DNA of 64,000 bases from an uncultured delta proteobacterium. Its GTDB lineage: Bacteria; Myxococcota; Myxococcia; Myxococcales; Anaeromyxobacteraceae. A program made the translations under genes and the position numbers. The stretch spans positions 32,001 to 96,000 of the forward strand of contig CAWHDZ010000008.1 of NCBI GenBank assembly GCA_963828255.1, read 5' to 3'. The notes under the pieces are model-generated. The model was not told the origin of the DNA. It saw nothing but the letters and a program-made list of their open reading frames with translations, and made no database searches. Below are positions 38,112-49,649 of the stretch, piece by piece; within the stretch, counting starts at the first letter, position 1, and each line of letters begins with the position of its first letter.

Positions 38112-40697
38112 TCACCGGGGCTCGACGTAGCCCACCGCCTCCTGCCGGACGCAGTCGCAGTTGAGCCAGAGCAACCCACCGTCCTCGCTGGTGAAATCGA
38201 CGACGCGGACGACCCCCTCCATGCGGGCGTCGTCGGGCAGCAGCGCGGAGAGCAGGTTCGGCGCGCCGCGCAGGCGGGGCTCGTCGAGGAGGTGTCCGGG
38301 GTGGGCCGGGTAGAGGGCGACGTAGAGCATCGACTCCTCCACCAGGTCGTTGAAGAAGTGGGAGCCGAGCGAGACGTCCGGCACCACGTCGCCGATGCGC
38401 ATGATCTCGCAGAGCACGGAGACGCGCTGGATCTCGGCGAAGGCGACCGGGACCCCCAGCGCGACCGTGGTGGTCCCCCAGCGCCCCGGACCGAGCAGCA
38501 TGACCTTGCGGTCCACGTCGGGGTCGAGCCGCATGAGACGCCCGATGACCCGCGCCACCTCGTGCCGGTCGCCGGTTCCCAGGTTCACGTAGGCGTCCGG
38601 GTCCACGTAGACCACGCGGTCGATGGGGGTGTGGGCGCTCGGCCCCACGATGGGGCCGCGGGAGCGCAGGAGCACCCTGTCCTCGGGGAGCGCGGTCGGC
38701 GCCGGGACGATGGCGCCCCCCTCGCGGACTTGCAGGGGCCGGCACTGCACCAGGTTGAGCCGCAGCTCCCCGTCGGCGAGAAAGTTGCCGGTGAACTCCA
38801 CGTCCACCGGGTAGCGGTAGGCGTCGCGCAGCATCCCGAGGAGGCCACGCATCCGCTCGACCAGCGGCGATCCCCAGAGGAGCTCGTCGAAGGTGAGCAC
38901 CCAGCCGCCGTCGGGGCGTCTCGTCCCGAAGAGCTTGAGCGGGAGCCCGGGGGCCGACCTGGCCGCCTCGGCGAAGGGCACGGACGTGATGGTGCGGGCC
39001 CGCAGGTCGAGCACGTCCACCCGGTGCTGGGCGTACTCGGTCTTCTCGTCGAGCGTGGACTCGGGGCGGAGCGACGGCGCGTTCAGCGCCACCAGCCGGG
39101 TGTAGTCGTCGTCGGAGCGATCCACCGCGCGTGTGCCCAGGCCGAAGACGAGCCGCATCACGCCGGCCTGCGGATCGATGCCGGCGTTCCAGACGTACGG
39201 GTTGTAGGAGAGCGCCACCCCGGCCACCTGCGGGAAGTAGAGGTCGCCGTGGACCGCGCCGGAGACCCGCTGCACCAGCACCGCCATCTGCTCGTCCCGG
39301 TCGAGGAGCCCGCGCCGCTCCCGGTAGCGCAGCGCCTCCTCGCTCATGCTGCTCGCGTAGACCTGCCGGAGCGCGGCGAGGAAGTCGCGGAGCCGCTCCT
39401 CCGGCGAGCCCTGGTTCGGGCAGAAGACGCTCTCGTACTTGCCGGTGAAGGCGTTGCCGAAGCCGTCCTCGAGCAGGCTCGACGAGCGCACGATGATGGG
39501 CGACTGGCCGTAGTACTCGAGCATGGCCACGAAGCGGCGCAGCGCGAAGTCGGGGAACTTCCCCTCCTCGACCCGGCGGCGGGCCTCGGCGGCCCCGTCG
39601 AGGAAGGAGGCGCGGCGGCGCTGCTCGCGGCGGGCCGGCCAGCAGCCGTTGCGCACCAGGTAGGTGTAGAAGACGTCGGAGCCGACGAACCAGGAGTCAT
39701 GGGGCTCGAGCATCCGGCCCCAGGCAGGGTCGCCGTTGGCGATGATGGCGCGGGCCACCAGCATGCCCGCCGCCTTCCCCCCCACGAGCCCGGTGCCCAC
39801 CATCCGGCGGCGGATGGCGAGCAGGTCGTCGAGGGTGAGGTGGCGCCCGGCCATCTCGGCGAAGCGGTCGTCGCGGGTCAGCATCATGCGCAGCAGGGAC
39901 TCGAAGGCGGCCCGCTCCTCCTCCGGGCGGCGCCGCCCCTCGCGGACGCCGTCGCGGATCTCGCGCGCGGCGTCCACGCGCCGGTCCCACACGTCGGCCC
40001 GCTCCACCGCGTCGAGCCGCCGGTCGGCCACGTCCACCAGGGCCTCGGAGAGCTCCGCACTCTCGGTGAGGGGGCGCAGCCGTTCCCCCTCGCGAACGTG
40101 GGGCAGGTACATGGTGGGGGAGTGGCGGCCGTCCACCTTGAGCGGGTGGAAGTAGACGTCGCGGCGGCGGCGGAAGACGTCCACCAGGATCTGGGTGGTG
40201 CTGCGCACCGCGTCCACGGCCTCGGCGGCGTGGTGGCCGGCCTGCAGGGCGAAGTAGGTCACCGTGTCGAGCTCGTAGAGGTACGGGCAGGTGACCATGA
40301 AGAAGTTGCCCAGCATGAGGTCGCTGTACCAGTCGGCCGCGAGGTCGCTGAGGCAGTCGAAGACGTGGAAGGCTCCCGGTCCGGCCTCCTCGATGACCCG
40401 GTGGATCCCGTCGGTGAAGCCCTCGAAGCCGAGCGCCGGAGAGATCTCTTGGATCTCCGCGCCCGACGAGGCGTCGAGGAGGGGCTCGTGCCGGGCAAAG
40501 CGGAAGTAGACGACGCGGCGCCCCTCGGCGCGGGCCAGGGCCACGAAGGGCCTGACCAGCGGCGCGTAGTCATCCAGGTCCTCGACCTGCCAGACCACGT
40601 TGTCGCCCGGACGCAGTCCCTGGAGGATCGCGTCGAAGGCGGGGAGGCCGGTCCCGGGTGGCTTGACCGGGATCACTGCTGGGTCGTGATCGGACAC
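38112..40697 (-). CDS. PEP/pyruvate-binding (PPDK_N ATP-grasp) domain protein with degenerate RecA/KaiC-like N-terminus
   Basis: TGLPAFDAILQGL; GLVGGKAAG, IIVRSSSLLEDGFGNAFTGKYES, MAVLVQ, VFGLGTRAV, PVDVEF, VQCRP. Confidence 0.85.
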   Translation of the reverse strand: MSDHDPAVIPVKPPGTGLPAFDAILQGLRPGDNVVWQVEDLDDYAPLVRPFVALARAEGRRVVYFRFARHEPLLDASSGAEIQEISPALGFEGFTDGIHRVIEEAGPGAFHVFDCLSDLAADWYSDLMLGNFFMVTCPYLYELDTVTYFALQAGHHAAEAVDAVRSTTQILVDVFRRRRDVYFHPLKVDGRHSPTMYLPHVREGERLRPLTESAELSEALVDVADRRLDAVERADVWDRRVDAAREIRDGVREGRRRPEEERAAFESLLRMMLTRDDRFAEMAGRHLTLDDLLAIRRRMVGTGLVGGKAAGMLVARAIIANGDPAWGRMLEPHDSWFVGSDVFYTYLVRNGCWPARREQRRRASFLDGAAEARRRVEEGKFPDFALRRFVAMLEYYGQSPIIVRSSSLLEDGFGNAFTGKYESVFCPNQGSPEERLRDFLAALRQVYASSMSEEALRYRERRGLLDRDEQMAVLVQRVSGAVHGDLYFPQVAGVALSYNPYVWNAGIDPQAGVMRLVFGLGTRAVDRSDDDYTRLVALNAPSLRPESTLDEKTEYAQHRVDVLDLRARTITSVPFAEAARSAPGLPLKLFGTRRPDGGWVLTFDELLWGSPLVERMRGLLGMLRDAYRYPVDVEFTGNFLADGELRLNLVQCRPLQVREGGAIVPAPTALPEDRVLLRSRGPIVGPSAHTPIDRVVYVDPDAYVNLGTGDRHEVARVIGRLMRLDPDVDRKVMLLGPGRWGTTTVALGVPVAFAEIQRVSVLCEIMRIGDVVPDVSLGSHFFNDLVEESMLYVALYPAHPGHLLDEPRLRGAPNLLSALLPDDARMEGVVRVVDFTSEDGGLLWLNCDCVRQEAVGYVEPR

Positions 40698-40732
40698 GCG
40701 ATCACCTTCGCCCATTGCGGGGTTGCCTGTAA

Positions 40733-42148
<1,416 letters not shown>

Positions 42149-42161
42149 CAGGGCCTCCCGC

Positions 42162-43250
42162 TCAGCGTCCGGACGGGGGCGGCGCGTAATCGCGCGCCGC
42201 CTCCTCCCCGGAGAGGACCCTGAGGACCCCTCCCGCAAGCGCCGCGAGCTCGTCCTCCCCGGGCAGCACCGCCACGGGCGCGATCCACTCCACCCGCCGG
42301 CGGATGGGGCCGACCACCCCCTCCTGCCACGCCATCCCGCCGGTCAGGATCACCGCGTCCACCCGGCCGTCGAGCGCCACCGCCATGGCCCCGATCGACT
42401 TCGACACCTGGTAGGCCATGGCCTCGATCACCAGCACCGCCGCGGCGTCCCCGGCGGCGGCGCGGGCCACCGCCTCCCGCGCGTCGCGCGTGCCCAGGAG
42501 CGCCCAGAGCCCCCCGTCGCCGAAGAGGCGGCGGCGCACCGCGCCCTGCTCGGCCCCCGGCGCGAAGCACAGGTCCACCACCGCGGTGACGGGCACCCCT
42601 CCGGCCCGGTCGCCGGCGAAGGGCCCCTCGTCCTGCGGGTTCACCACGTCCACCATCCGACCCTCCCGCAGGGCGGCCAGCGAGACCCCCGTGCCCAGGT
42701 GGGCGACCACCAGGCGAAGCTCCTCGAGCGCGCGCCCCGCGTCCCGGGCGTGGCGCCGGGCCACCGCGCGGATGTTCAAGGCGTGGGCGAAGCTGCGCCG
42801 CTCCACTCCGGCGAGGCCGGTGGGGCGGGCCTCGGGAACCAGCTCGTCCACGCTCACCGGGTCCACGGTGAAGGCCGGGCAGCCGTGGTCGGCGGCCACG
42901 GCGAGCGCGATGGGCACGCCCAGGTTTGAGGCGTGCTCGCCGCGCGGGCCGCGCAGGAGTTCCTCGGCCATCTCCGGAGTGGCCCGCAGGGTCCCGGCCG
43001 GCACCGGTCCGAGCAGCCCGCCGCGGCCGACCACCGCGTCGAGCCGGACCCCCGGCGCCGCGCGGGCCAGGAACTCCCGGACGGCGGCGAGGCGCATGGG
43101 GAGCTGGTCGGCCATGCGCGGGGAGGCGATGGCCGCGGCGGTGTGGCGCAGCACCTCCTCGGCGAGGAGCGACGCGCCACGGAAGAGGCCGAGCTTGGTG
43201 GACCCCGCTCCCGGGTTCACCGCCAGTACAATCGGCCCGGCCTGGCTCAC
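42162..43250 (-). CDS. buk: Butyrate (branched-chain/aryl acid) kinase
   Basis: NPGAGSTK, VGRGG, HASNLG, DPVSVDE, HALN, HLGTG, ILTGG, PGEDE. Confidence 0.93.
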   Translation of the reverse strand: MSQAGPIVLAVNPGAGSTKLGLFRGASLLAEEVLRHTAAAIASPRMADQLPMRLAAVREFLARAAPGVRLDAVVGRGGLLGPVPAGTLRATPEMAEELLRGPRGEHASNLGVPIALAVAADHGCPAFTVDPVSVDELVPEARPTGLAGVERRSFAHALNIRAVARRHARDAGRALEELRLVVAHLGTGVSLAALREGRMVDVVNPQDEGPFAGDRAGGVPVTAVVDLCFAPGAEQGAVRRRLFGDGGLWALLGTRDAREAVARAAAGDAAAVLVIEAMAYQVSKSIGAMAVALDGRVDAVILTGGMAWQEGVVGPIRRRVEWIAPVAVLPGEDELAALAGGVLRVLSGEEAARDYAPPPSGR

Positions 43251-44185
43251 GCGCCCCCCTCTGCCGAGAGGACTCCCAGCGCGATGGAGAGGAGCTTGTC
43301 GTCGGTCCGCTCCACGCGCGAGGGGATGAGCACCGGCGCCCGCGCACCCTCGATGACGTGGGCCACGGGCTTGCCGGCCAGCCAGGAGAAGGCCTTGCCC
43401 AGGATGTTTCCGGCCTCGATGGTGGGGACGAGCAGCACGTCGGCGCGCCCCGCCAGCGGGTGGTCGATGCCCTTGGCCCGGGCCGCCCAGGGGAGCAGGG
43501 CGTTGTCGAGGGCCAGCGGCCCCACCACGTGGCAGCCGGTGATCTCGCCCCGCCCGGCCATCTCCACCAGGGCGCGGGCGTCCTGGGTGTGGGGCATGGC
43601 CGGGGACGGGGTCTCCACCGCGCAGAGCACGGCCACGATGGGGCTCGGGAAGCCCAGCCGGTGGAAGACCCGCACCGCGTTCTCGAGGATGGCCTGCTTC
43701 TCGGCGAGCCGCGGGGCCACGTTGACGCCGCCGTCGGTGATGCCGACGATGCGCCGGGGCGGCGCGGTGGGGTGCTCGCTCACCATCACGTCGGAGAGGA
43801 TGCGGCCGGTGCGCAGGCCGTGGTCGCGATCCAGCACGGCGCGGAGCAGGTCGCCGGTGGGCAGCCGCCCCTTGAGGAGCAGGGAGGCCTCCCCGGCCCG
43901 CACCCGCTCCACCGCAAGTGAAGCGGCCCGGCGGTCGTCGGTCTCCTGGACGATCTCGTGGTGGGAGGGGTCCTCCGAAAGCTTCCAGAGCATGTCCTCG
44001 AGCCGCTCCCGGTCGCCGATGAGCAGGCCGCGGGCGATCCCGCGCCGCCGCGCCTCCACCACCGCGCCCAGCGCCGTCTCGCTCTCCGCAGCCGGGACGG
44101 CGACCACGCGGGGGCCCAGCGCGCGGGCGCGGAGGACGAGCTCGTCGAGGGTATGGACCGGATCCACCGGCCGGGGGTTTGCCAC
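43247..44185 (-). CDS. ptb: Phosphate butyryltransferase / phosphate acyltransferase
   Basis: LLKG, TDGGVN, VGPLALDNA, VPTIEAGNILGK, PSR; start uncertain (44185 or 44167). Confidence 0.9.
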   Translation of the reverse strand: MANPRPVDPVHTLDELVLRARALGPRVVAVPAAESETALGAVVEARRRGIARGLLIGDRERLEDMLWKLSEDPSHHEIVQETDDRRAASLAVERVRAGEASLLLKGRLPTGDLLRAVLDRDHGLRTGRILSDVMVSEHPTAPPRRIVGITDGGVNVAPRLAEKQAILENAVRVFHRLGFPSPIVAVLCAVETPSPAMPHTQDARALVEMAGRGEITGCHVVGPLALDNALLPWAARAKGIDHPLAGRADVLLVPTIEAGNILGKAFSWLAGKPVAHVIEGARAPVLIPSRVERTDDKLLSIALGVLSAEGGA

Positions 44186-44272
44186 GGCCGGGCCGGCCCC
44201 GCCAGCCCTTGCCGCAGGGACCCCGAAAGGGGAGAATCGCCGACCCATTTCCCAGAAGAGGCAGGATCGATC

Positions 44273-45934
44273 GTGGAGACGGCATTGACGAAGGCGCCCG
44301 CCCGCGGGCTGTGGAGCGGAGACGAGGCGGTGGCCATGGCCGCCCTGGACGGCGAGGTGGCGCTGGGCACCGGCTACCCCGGCACGCCCTCCACCGAGAT
44401 CCTGGAGGCCCTCTCCGCCCTGGGAGGGCGCGCCCAGTGGGCTCCCAACGAGAAGGTGGCCCTCGAGGTGGGCCTGGGCGCGGCCTTCGCCGGCGCCCGC
44501 GTGCTCGTCACCATGAAGCACGTGGGCGTGAACGTCGCCGCCGATCCCCTCTTCACCGCGGCCTACACCGGCGTGGACGGGGCGCTCGTGCTGGTCTCGG
44601 CCGACGATCCGGGCATGTCCTCCTCGCAGAACGAGCAGGACAACCGGCGCTACGCGGTGGCCGCCGGGATTCCCATGCTCGAGCCGGCCTCCTCGCAGGA
44701 GGCCTACGACTTCACGCTGGCCTCCCTCGAGCTCTCGGCCCGCTGGAAGATCCCGGTCATCCTGCGCATGACAACCCGGGTCTGCCACTCCAAGTCGGTG
44801 GTGGTCAGGCGCGATCACCCGCTGCCGCCGGCGCCGCCCCCCAGCTTCGTGCGCGACATCCGCGGCCGGGTCATGGTCCCCGCCTTCGCGCGCCCCGCCC
44901 ACCACAAGCTCAGGAAGAAGCTCGACGAGATCCGGGCCTGGGCCGAGACCTCCCCCCTGAACGCCGTGCACGAGGGGAGCCTCTCCCTGGGGGTCGTCAC
45001 CGCCGGCATCTCCTTCCAGCACGTGCGCGAGGCCGCCCCCGAGGCCAGCATCTTCAAGCTGGGCGTGGTCTACCCGCTCCCGCTCGAGGCCCTGCGCCGC
45101 TTCGCGGCCGGGGTGGAGCGCTGCGTGGTCGTGGAGGAGGGCGACCCGGTCGTGGCCGACGCCCTCCTCGCCGCCGGCATCCGGGTCGAGGGGAAGCCGG
45201 AGATGTTCCGCTTCGGCGAGCTCTCGGTGGCGCGGGTGGCCCGCATCCTGGCCCGCGACGAGTCCCCGGAGCCGCCGGCGCCCAAGGCCAAGCCTCCCGA
45301 GCTCTGCGAGGCCTGCCCCTACCACCCGGTCTACGGCGCCCTGCAGCGCATGGGCTGCATCGTGGCAGGCGACATCGGCTGCTACACCCTGGGTGTCATG
45401 GAGCCGTACCAGGCCATGGACACCTGCGTGGCCATGGGCGCCTCGGTGGGCGTGGGGCTGGGGCTGCGGCACGTGCTTCCCGAGGCGCAGGCCCGCAAGG
45501 TGGTGAGCGTCATCGGCGACTCCACCTTCATCCACAGCGGCCTGAACGGCCTGGTGGAGATGGTCTACAACCCGCCCGCCACCGGCCACGTCCTCCTCGT
45601 GCTCGACAACGGCACCACCGCCATGACCGGGCAGCAGGAGCACCCGGGCACCGGCCGCACCATGTCGCACGACGCCACCGGCCATGTCTCCATCGAGGGG
45701 ATGGCCCGCGCCGCCGGCGTGAAGAACGTCGACGTGGTGGACCCGGTCAAGGATCCCAGGATGTTCGAGGAGTTGCTCACCCGGAGGCTGGCATCGAACG
45801 ATCTCTCGGTCATCGTCTCCAGGCGTCCCTGCATCCTGGCCGCCGCCGACATCCGAGCCTTCGAGAAGAGCAACGCCGCAAAGGCCGCCGCCGCCTCGCC
45901 CTGCGGCGCCTGCGGGAGCGACGATGCCGCCTAG
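44273..45934 (+). CDS. iorA: Indolepyruvate:ferredoxin oxidoreductase alpha subunit
   Basis: GYPGTPSTE, NEKVALE, MKHVG, SSQNEQD, LCEACPY, GDIGCY, GDSTFIHSG, LDNGTTAMTG. Confidence 0.92.
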   Translation: METALTKAPARGLWSGDEAVAMAALDGEVALGTGYPGTPSTEILEALSALGGRAQWAPNEKVALEVGLGAAFAGARVLVTMKHVGVNVAADPLFTAAYTGVDGALVLVSADDPGMSSSQNEQDNRRYAVAAGIPMLEPASSQEAYDFTLASLELSARWKIPVILRMTTRVCHSKSVVVRRDHPLPPAPPPSFVRDIRGRVMVPAFARPAHHKLRKKLDEIRAWAETSPLNAVHEGSLSLGVVTAGISFQHVREAAPEASIFKLGVVYPLPLEALRRFAAGVERCVVVEEGDPVVADALLAAGIRVEGKPEMFRFGELSVARVARILARDESPEPPAPKAKPPELCEACPYHPVYGALQRMGCIVAGDIGCYTLGVMEPYQAMDTCVAMGASVGVGLGLRHVLPEAQARKVVSVIGDSTFIHSGLNGLVEMVYNPPATGHVLLVLDNGTTAMTGQQEHPGTGRTMSHDATGHVSIEGMARAAGVKNVDVVDPVKDPRMFEELLTRRLASNDLSVIVSRRPCILAAADIRAFEKSNAAKAAAASPCGACGSDDAA

Positions 45935-46448
45935 CGTCGCACCAGTCGTGAACGTGGTCTTCGCAGGCCTGGGCGGCCAGGGAGTCATCAAGGCCTCCGA
46001 CGTGCTCGCCGACGCGGCCTTCCGCGCCGGGCACGACGTGAAGAAGGCCGAGATCCACGGGATGAGCCAGCGGGGCGGGTCGGTCACCTCCGACGTCCGC
46101 TTCGGTCCCCAGGTCCACTCCCCCATGATCCCCGACGGCCACGCCGACTTCCTGGTGGTGCTGGCCCCCACCCAGGTCGAGAACAACCTCCACCAGCTGC
46201 GCGAGACGGGCGTGCTCTTCGCCCCGGACCTGGTCCCCGAGGAGCGCCTGAAGAACAAGCGCAGCCTCAACGTGGCGCTCTTGGGCGCGCTCTCCACCCA
46301 CCTCTCCATCGACGAGGAGCACTGGCGGGCGGCCATCCAGGGCGCCCTGCCGGAGCGCCTGCTGCAAGTGAACCTGGAGGCCTTCGAGGCCGGACGGGCC
46401 GCCGAGCGGGCCCGCCCCCCCGGAAAGGGACGACATGCCGCCCCCTGA
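45924..46448 (+). CDS. iorB: Indolepyruvate:ferredoxin oxidoreductase beta subunit
   Basis: [18 protein letters not shown]. Confidence 0.92.
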   Translation: MPPSVAPVVNVVFAGLGGQGVIKASDVLADAAFRAGHDVKKAEIHGMSQRGGSVTSDVRFGPQVHSPMIPDGHADFLVVLAPTQVENNLHQLRETGVLFAPDLVPEERLKNKRSLNVALLGALSTHLSIDEEHWRAAIQGALPERLLQVNLEAFEAGRAAERARPPGKGRHAAP

Positions 46449-47754
46449 TCCCTCGCGCCGGTTCCACCCGGTCAGCGCCCCCGACTACGTCCCGGCCGAG
46501 CAGCTGCGCGGCCTCCAGCTGGAGCGGCTCCAGCGCATCGTGCGCCGGGCCCACGAGCGGGTCCCGCTCTTCCGCACCCGCTGCCAGGAGCGGCAGGTGG
46601 CGCCGGCCGACCTGAAGAGCCTGGAGGACCTGTCGCGCTTCCCCTTCACGCTCAAGACCGACCTGCGCGACACGTACCCCTTCGGCCTCTTCGCCAGCCC
46701 CATGGAGGAGATCGTCCGCCTGCACGCCTCCTCCGGCACCACCGGCAAGCCCACCGTGGTGGCCTACACCCAGGGTGACCTGGACGTCTGGACCGAGGTG
46801 ATGGTGCGGGCCTTCGCGGCCTGCGGCCTGCACCGGGGCGACGTGGTCCAGAACGCCTACGGCTACGGCCTCTTCACCGGCGGCCTGGGGGCCCACTACG
46901 GCGCCGAGGCGCTGGGCGCCACCGTCATCCCCATCTCCGGCGGCAACACCGAGCGGCAGATCATGGTGCTCCAGGACTTCGCGGTGACCGCCATCTGCTG
47001 CACCCCCAGCTACTTCCTGCACCTCACCGAGCGGGCCAAGGAGCTGGGAACCGACTTCTCCAGGCTGCGCGCCGGGATCTTCGGGGCCGAGCCCTGGAGC
47101 GAGGCCATGCGCCGGCGCATCGAGGCCGACACCGGGGTGAAGGCCTACGACATCTACGGGCTCTCCGAGATCATCGGGCCGGGCGTGGGCATCGAGTGCT
47201 TCGCCCAGTCCGGGCTGCACGTCTTCGAGGACCACTTCTACCCGGAGGTGGTGGACCCGGTCACGGGCGAGGTGCTCCCCGACGGCGCCGAGGGGGAGCT
47301 GGTGCTCACCACCCTCTCCAAGGACGCCATGCCCATGATCCGCTACCGGACCCGGGACGTGACGAGCCTCATCCCCGAGCCCTGCGCCTGCGGCCGCACC
47401 ATCCGGCGCATCCGGCGCATCGCCCGCCGCTCCGACGACATGTTCATCATCCGCGGGGTGAACGTCTTCCCCAGCCAGGTGGAGACGGCGCTGCTGGCGG
47501 TGGAGGGAACCCTGCCGCACTACCAGATCGTGCTCACGCGCGAGAAGGGGCTCGACGAGATGGAGGTGAAGGTCGAGGTGACCCCCGAGGTCTTCTCCGA
47601 CCAGATCCGCGCGCTCGAGGCCCTGCAGCACAAGCTCGAGCAGTCCCTCGACCACACGCTGGGCATCCGCGCCCGCGTCACCCTGGTCGGCCCCCGCACC
47701 ATCCCGCGCAGCGAGGGCAAGGCCAAGCGCGTCGACGACAAGCGGCAGATCTGA
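46435..47754 (+). CDS. paaK: Phenylacetate-CoA ligase family, paralog 1
   Basis: [47 protein letters not shown]. Confidence 0.93.
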   Translation: MPPPDPSRRFHPVSAPDYVPAEQLRGLQLERLQRIVRRAHERVPLFRTRCQERQVAPADLKSLEDLSRFPFTLKTDLRDTYPFGLFASPMEEIVRLHASSGTTGKPTVVAYTQGDLDVWTEVMVRAFAACGLHRGDVVQNAYGYGLFTGGLGAHYGAEALGATVIPISGGNTERQIMVLQDFAVTAICCTPSYFLHLTERAKELGTDFSRLRAGIFGAEPWSEAMRRRIEADTGVKAYDIYGLSEIIGPGVGIECFAQSGLHVFEDHFYPEVVDPVTGEVLPDGAEGELVLTTLSKDAMPMIRYRTRDVTSLIPEPCACGRTIRRIRRIARRSDDMFIIRGVNVFPSQVETALLAVEGTLPHYQIVLTREKGLDEMEVKVEVTPEVFSDQIRALEALQHKLEQSLDHTLGIRARVTLVGPRTIPRSEGKAKRVDDKRQI

Positions 47755-47772
47755 CGTCCGGGAGGAAACCAC

Positions 47773-48216
47773 ATGAAGCTCCGCCAGCTCTCGCTCTTCC
47801 TCGAGAACCGCCCCGGCGCGCTGCGCCTGCCCTGCCAGGTCCTCGGCGCCGCCGGCATCGACATCCTCACCATGTCGCTCGCCGACACCCAGCAGTTCGG
47901 GATCCTCCGGCTGGTCGTGAAGGACGCCGACCGGGCCAGCAAGGTGCTCGAGGAGGCCGGCTGCGTGGTCAAGGCCACCGACGTGCTGGCCGTCGAGGTG
48001 CCCGACCGGGCCGGCGGCCTGGCCGACATGCTCGGGACGTTCGAGGGCACTGGCCTCTCCATCGAGTACATCTACCCGCTCGTGGCCGGCCACCGCGGCA
48101 AGACCGCGGTGCTGATCCTGAGGGTCGAGGACCCCGACCGGGCCGCCGGACTCCTCGCGGGGCGCAAGGTCCGCGTCCTCACCCGCGAGGAGGCCTTCGA
48201 GGCCGTCGGGGCCTGA
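47773..48216 (+). CDS. Tandem ACT-domain protein
   Basis: QLSLFLENRPGAL...ADTQQFGILRL; VPDRAGGLA...IEYIY. Confidence 0.9.
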   Translation: MKLRQLSLFLENRPGALRLPCQVLGAAGIDILTMSLADTQQFGILRLVVKDADRASKVLEEAGCVVKATDVLAVEVPDRAGGLADMLGTFEGTGLSIEYIYPLVAGHRGKTAVLILRVEDPDRAAGLLAGRKVRVLTREEAFEAVGA

Positions 48217-48225
48217 CGGTCGGCG

Positions 48226-49554
48226 ATGGCGCCTCCCGCCGAGAGCCGCGTCTGGGACCCGGCGGAGCTCCTGCCCCGCGACCGGCTGGCCGGGCTCCAG
48301 ATCGACCGGCTGCGCCAGACGCTGGCCCGGGCGGCGGGCACGCCCTTCCACGCATCGGCCTTCGCCCGCACCGGCATGGCCCCGGCCGACGTCCGCTCGC
48401 TCGACGACCTGCGCCGGATCCCGGTCACCACCAAGGACGACCTCCGGGCCCACTACCCGCTCGGCATGCTGGCCGTCCCGCGCGCGGAGATCGCCCGCAT
48501 CCACGGCTCCTCGGGAACCACCGGCAAGCCCACCTTCGTGGCCTACAGCCGCGCCGACATGCAGGTCTGGTCGGGACTGTGCGCCCGCTTCCTGGTGGCC
48601 GGCGGGCTCCGGCCCGACCACCTCGTGCACGTGGCCTTCGGCTATGGCCTCTTCACGGGCGGCTTCGGCCTCCACCAGGGAATCGAGCGGGTGGGGGCCG
48701 GCATCGTGCCGGTGGCCGGCGGGAACACTCCTCGTCAAGTGACGCTGCTGCGCGATCTCCGACCCGACGTGCTGGTCTGCACCCCCAGCTACGCGCTGCA
48801 CATCGCCGAGGTGGCCCGCGCGGTGGGCTGCGACCCGCGCGACCTCGGCCTCTCCTCCGGACACTTCGGCGGCGAGCCCTGGACCGAGGAGATGCGCGTC
48901 GAGATCGAGCGCGAGCTCGGGATCCAGGCCTTCAACAACTACGGCCTCTCCGAGGTCATCGGCCCGGGCGTCTCGGGCGAGTGCGGCGCGCGGGCCGGCA
49001 TGCACGTGGCCGAGGACCACTTCATCGTCGAGTGCCTCCACCCGGCCACGCTCCTGCCGGTCCCGGATGGCACCGTGGGTGAACTGGTCTTCACCAGCCT
49101 CACCAAGGAGGCCATGCCGGTGGTGCGCTACCGCACCCGCGACCTGGCCTCGCTCGACCGCAGCCCCTGCCCCTGCGGGCGCACCGGGGTGCGCATGAGC
49201 CGGGTGGTGGGGCGTTCCGACGACATGTTCATCGTGCGCGGGGTGAACGTCTTCCCCTCCCAGATCGAGGAGGCGCTGCTGCGCGTCGAGGGGGCCGCGC
49301 CCCACTACGTCATCGAGATCGCCCGCCCCGGCACGCTCGACGAGGCGGTGGTGCGGGTGGAGATCCGGCCCCGCGACTTCTCCGACGAGATGCGCCAGAT
49401 GGTGGCCCTGCGCGACCGCATCGACCACGAGATCCACTCCATCACCGGGATCCGCATGACCATCGAGCTGGTGGCTCCGAACGCGCTGGGGCGCAGCGAG
49501 GGCAAGGCGCGGCGCGTCATCGACCACCGCAAGGGCGGGGGCTCCGGGAGCTGA
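48226..49554 (+). CDS. paaK: Phenylacetate-CoA ligase family, paralog 2
   Basis: [33 protein letters not shown]. Confidence 0.92.
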   Translation: MAPPAESRVWDPAELLPRDRLAGLQIDRLRQTLARAAGTPFHASAFARTGMAPADVRSLDDLRRIPVTTKDDLRAHYPLGMLAVPRAEIARIHGSSGTTGKPTFVAYSRADMQVWSGLCARFLVAGGLRPDHLVHVAFGYGLFTGGFGLHQGIERVGAGIVPVAGGNTPRQVTLLRDLRPDVLVCTPSYALHIAEVARAVGCDPRDLGLSSGHFGGEPWTEEMRVEIERELGIQAFNNYGLSEVIGPGVSGECGARAGMHVAEDHFIVECLHPATLLPVPDGTVGELVFTSLTKEAMPVVRYRTRDLASLDRSPCPCGRTGVRMSRVVGRSDDMFIVRGVNVFPSQIEEALLRVEGAAPHYVIEIARPGTLDEAVVRVEIRPRDFSDEMRQMVALRDRIDHEIHSITGIRMTIELVAPNALGRSEGKARRVIDHRKGGGSGS

Positions 49555-49649
49555 CCCGCCCCGGGGAGGCGCCGGCACTCGGCTGCTGCGGACGGGGCTC
49601 CCGATCGGGTATCCTGCCGGGTCCCGCTTCCCCCATCGCCGGAGGATCC

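Noticed and set aside
44186..44272. CCCC-GAAA-GGGG hairpin as a riboswitch before iorA
   Set aside because: Only a 4-bp stem in an 87-nt divergent spacer; more simply the spacer of a weak TTGCCG-N17-GAGAAT promoter.
43247..49578. 1029-aa and 1103-aa minus-strand ORFs suggesting giant fusions
   Set aside because: Only the last ~310 aa of the first is real (ptb). The rest mirrors iorAB/paaK; stop-poor antisense frames are expected at this GC content.
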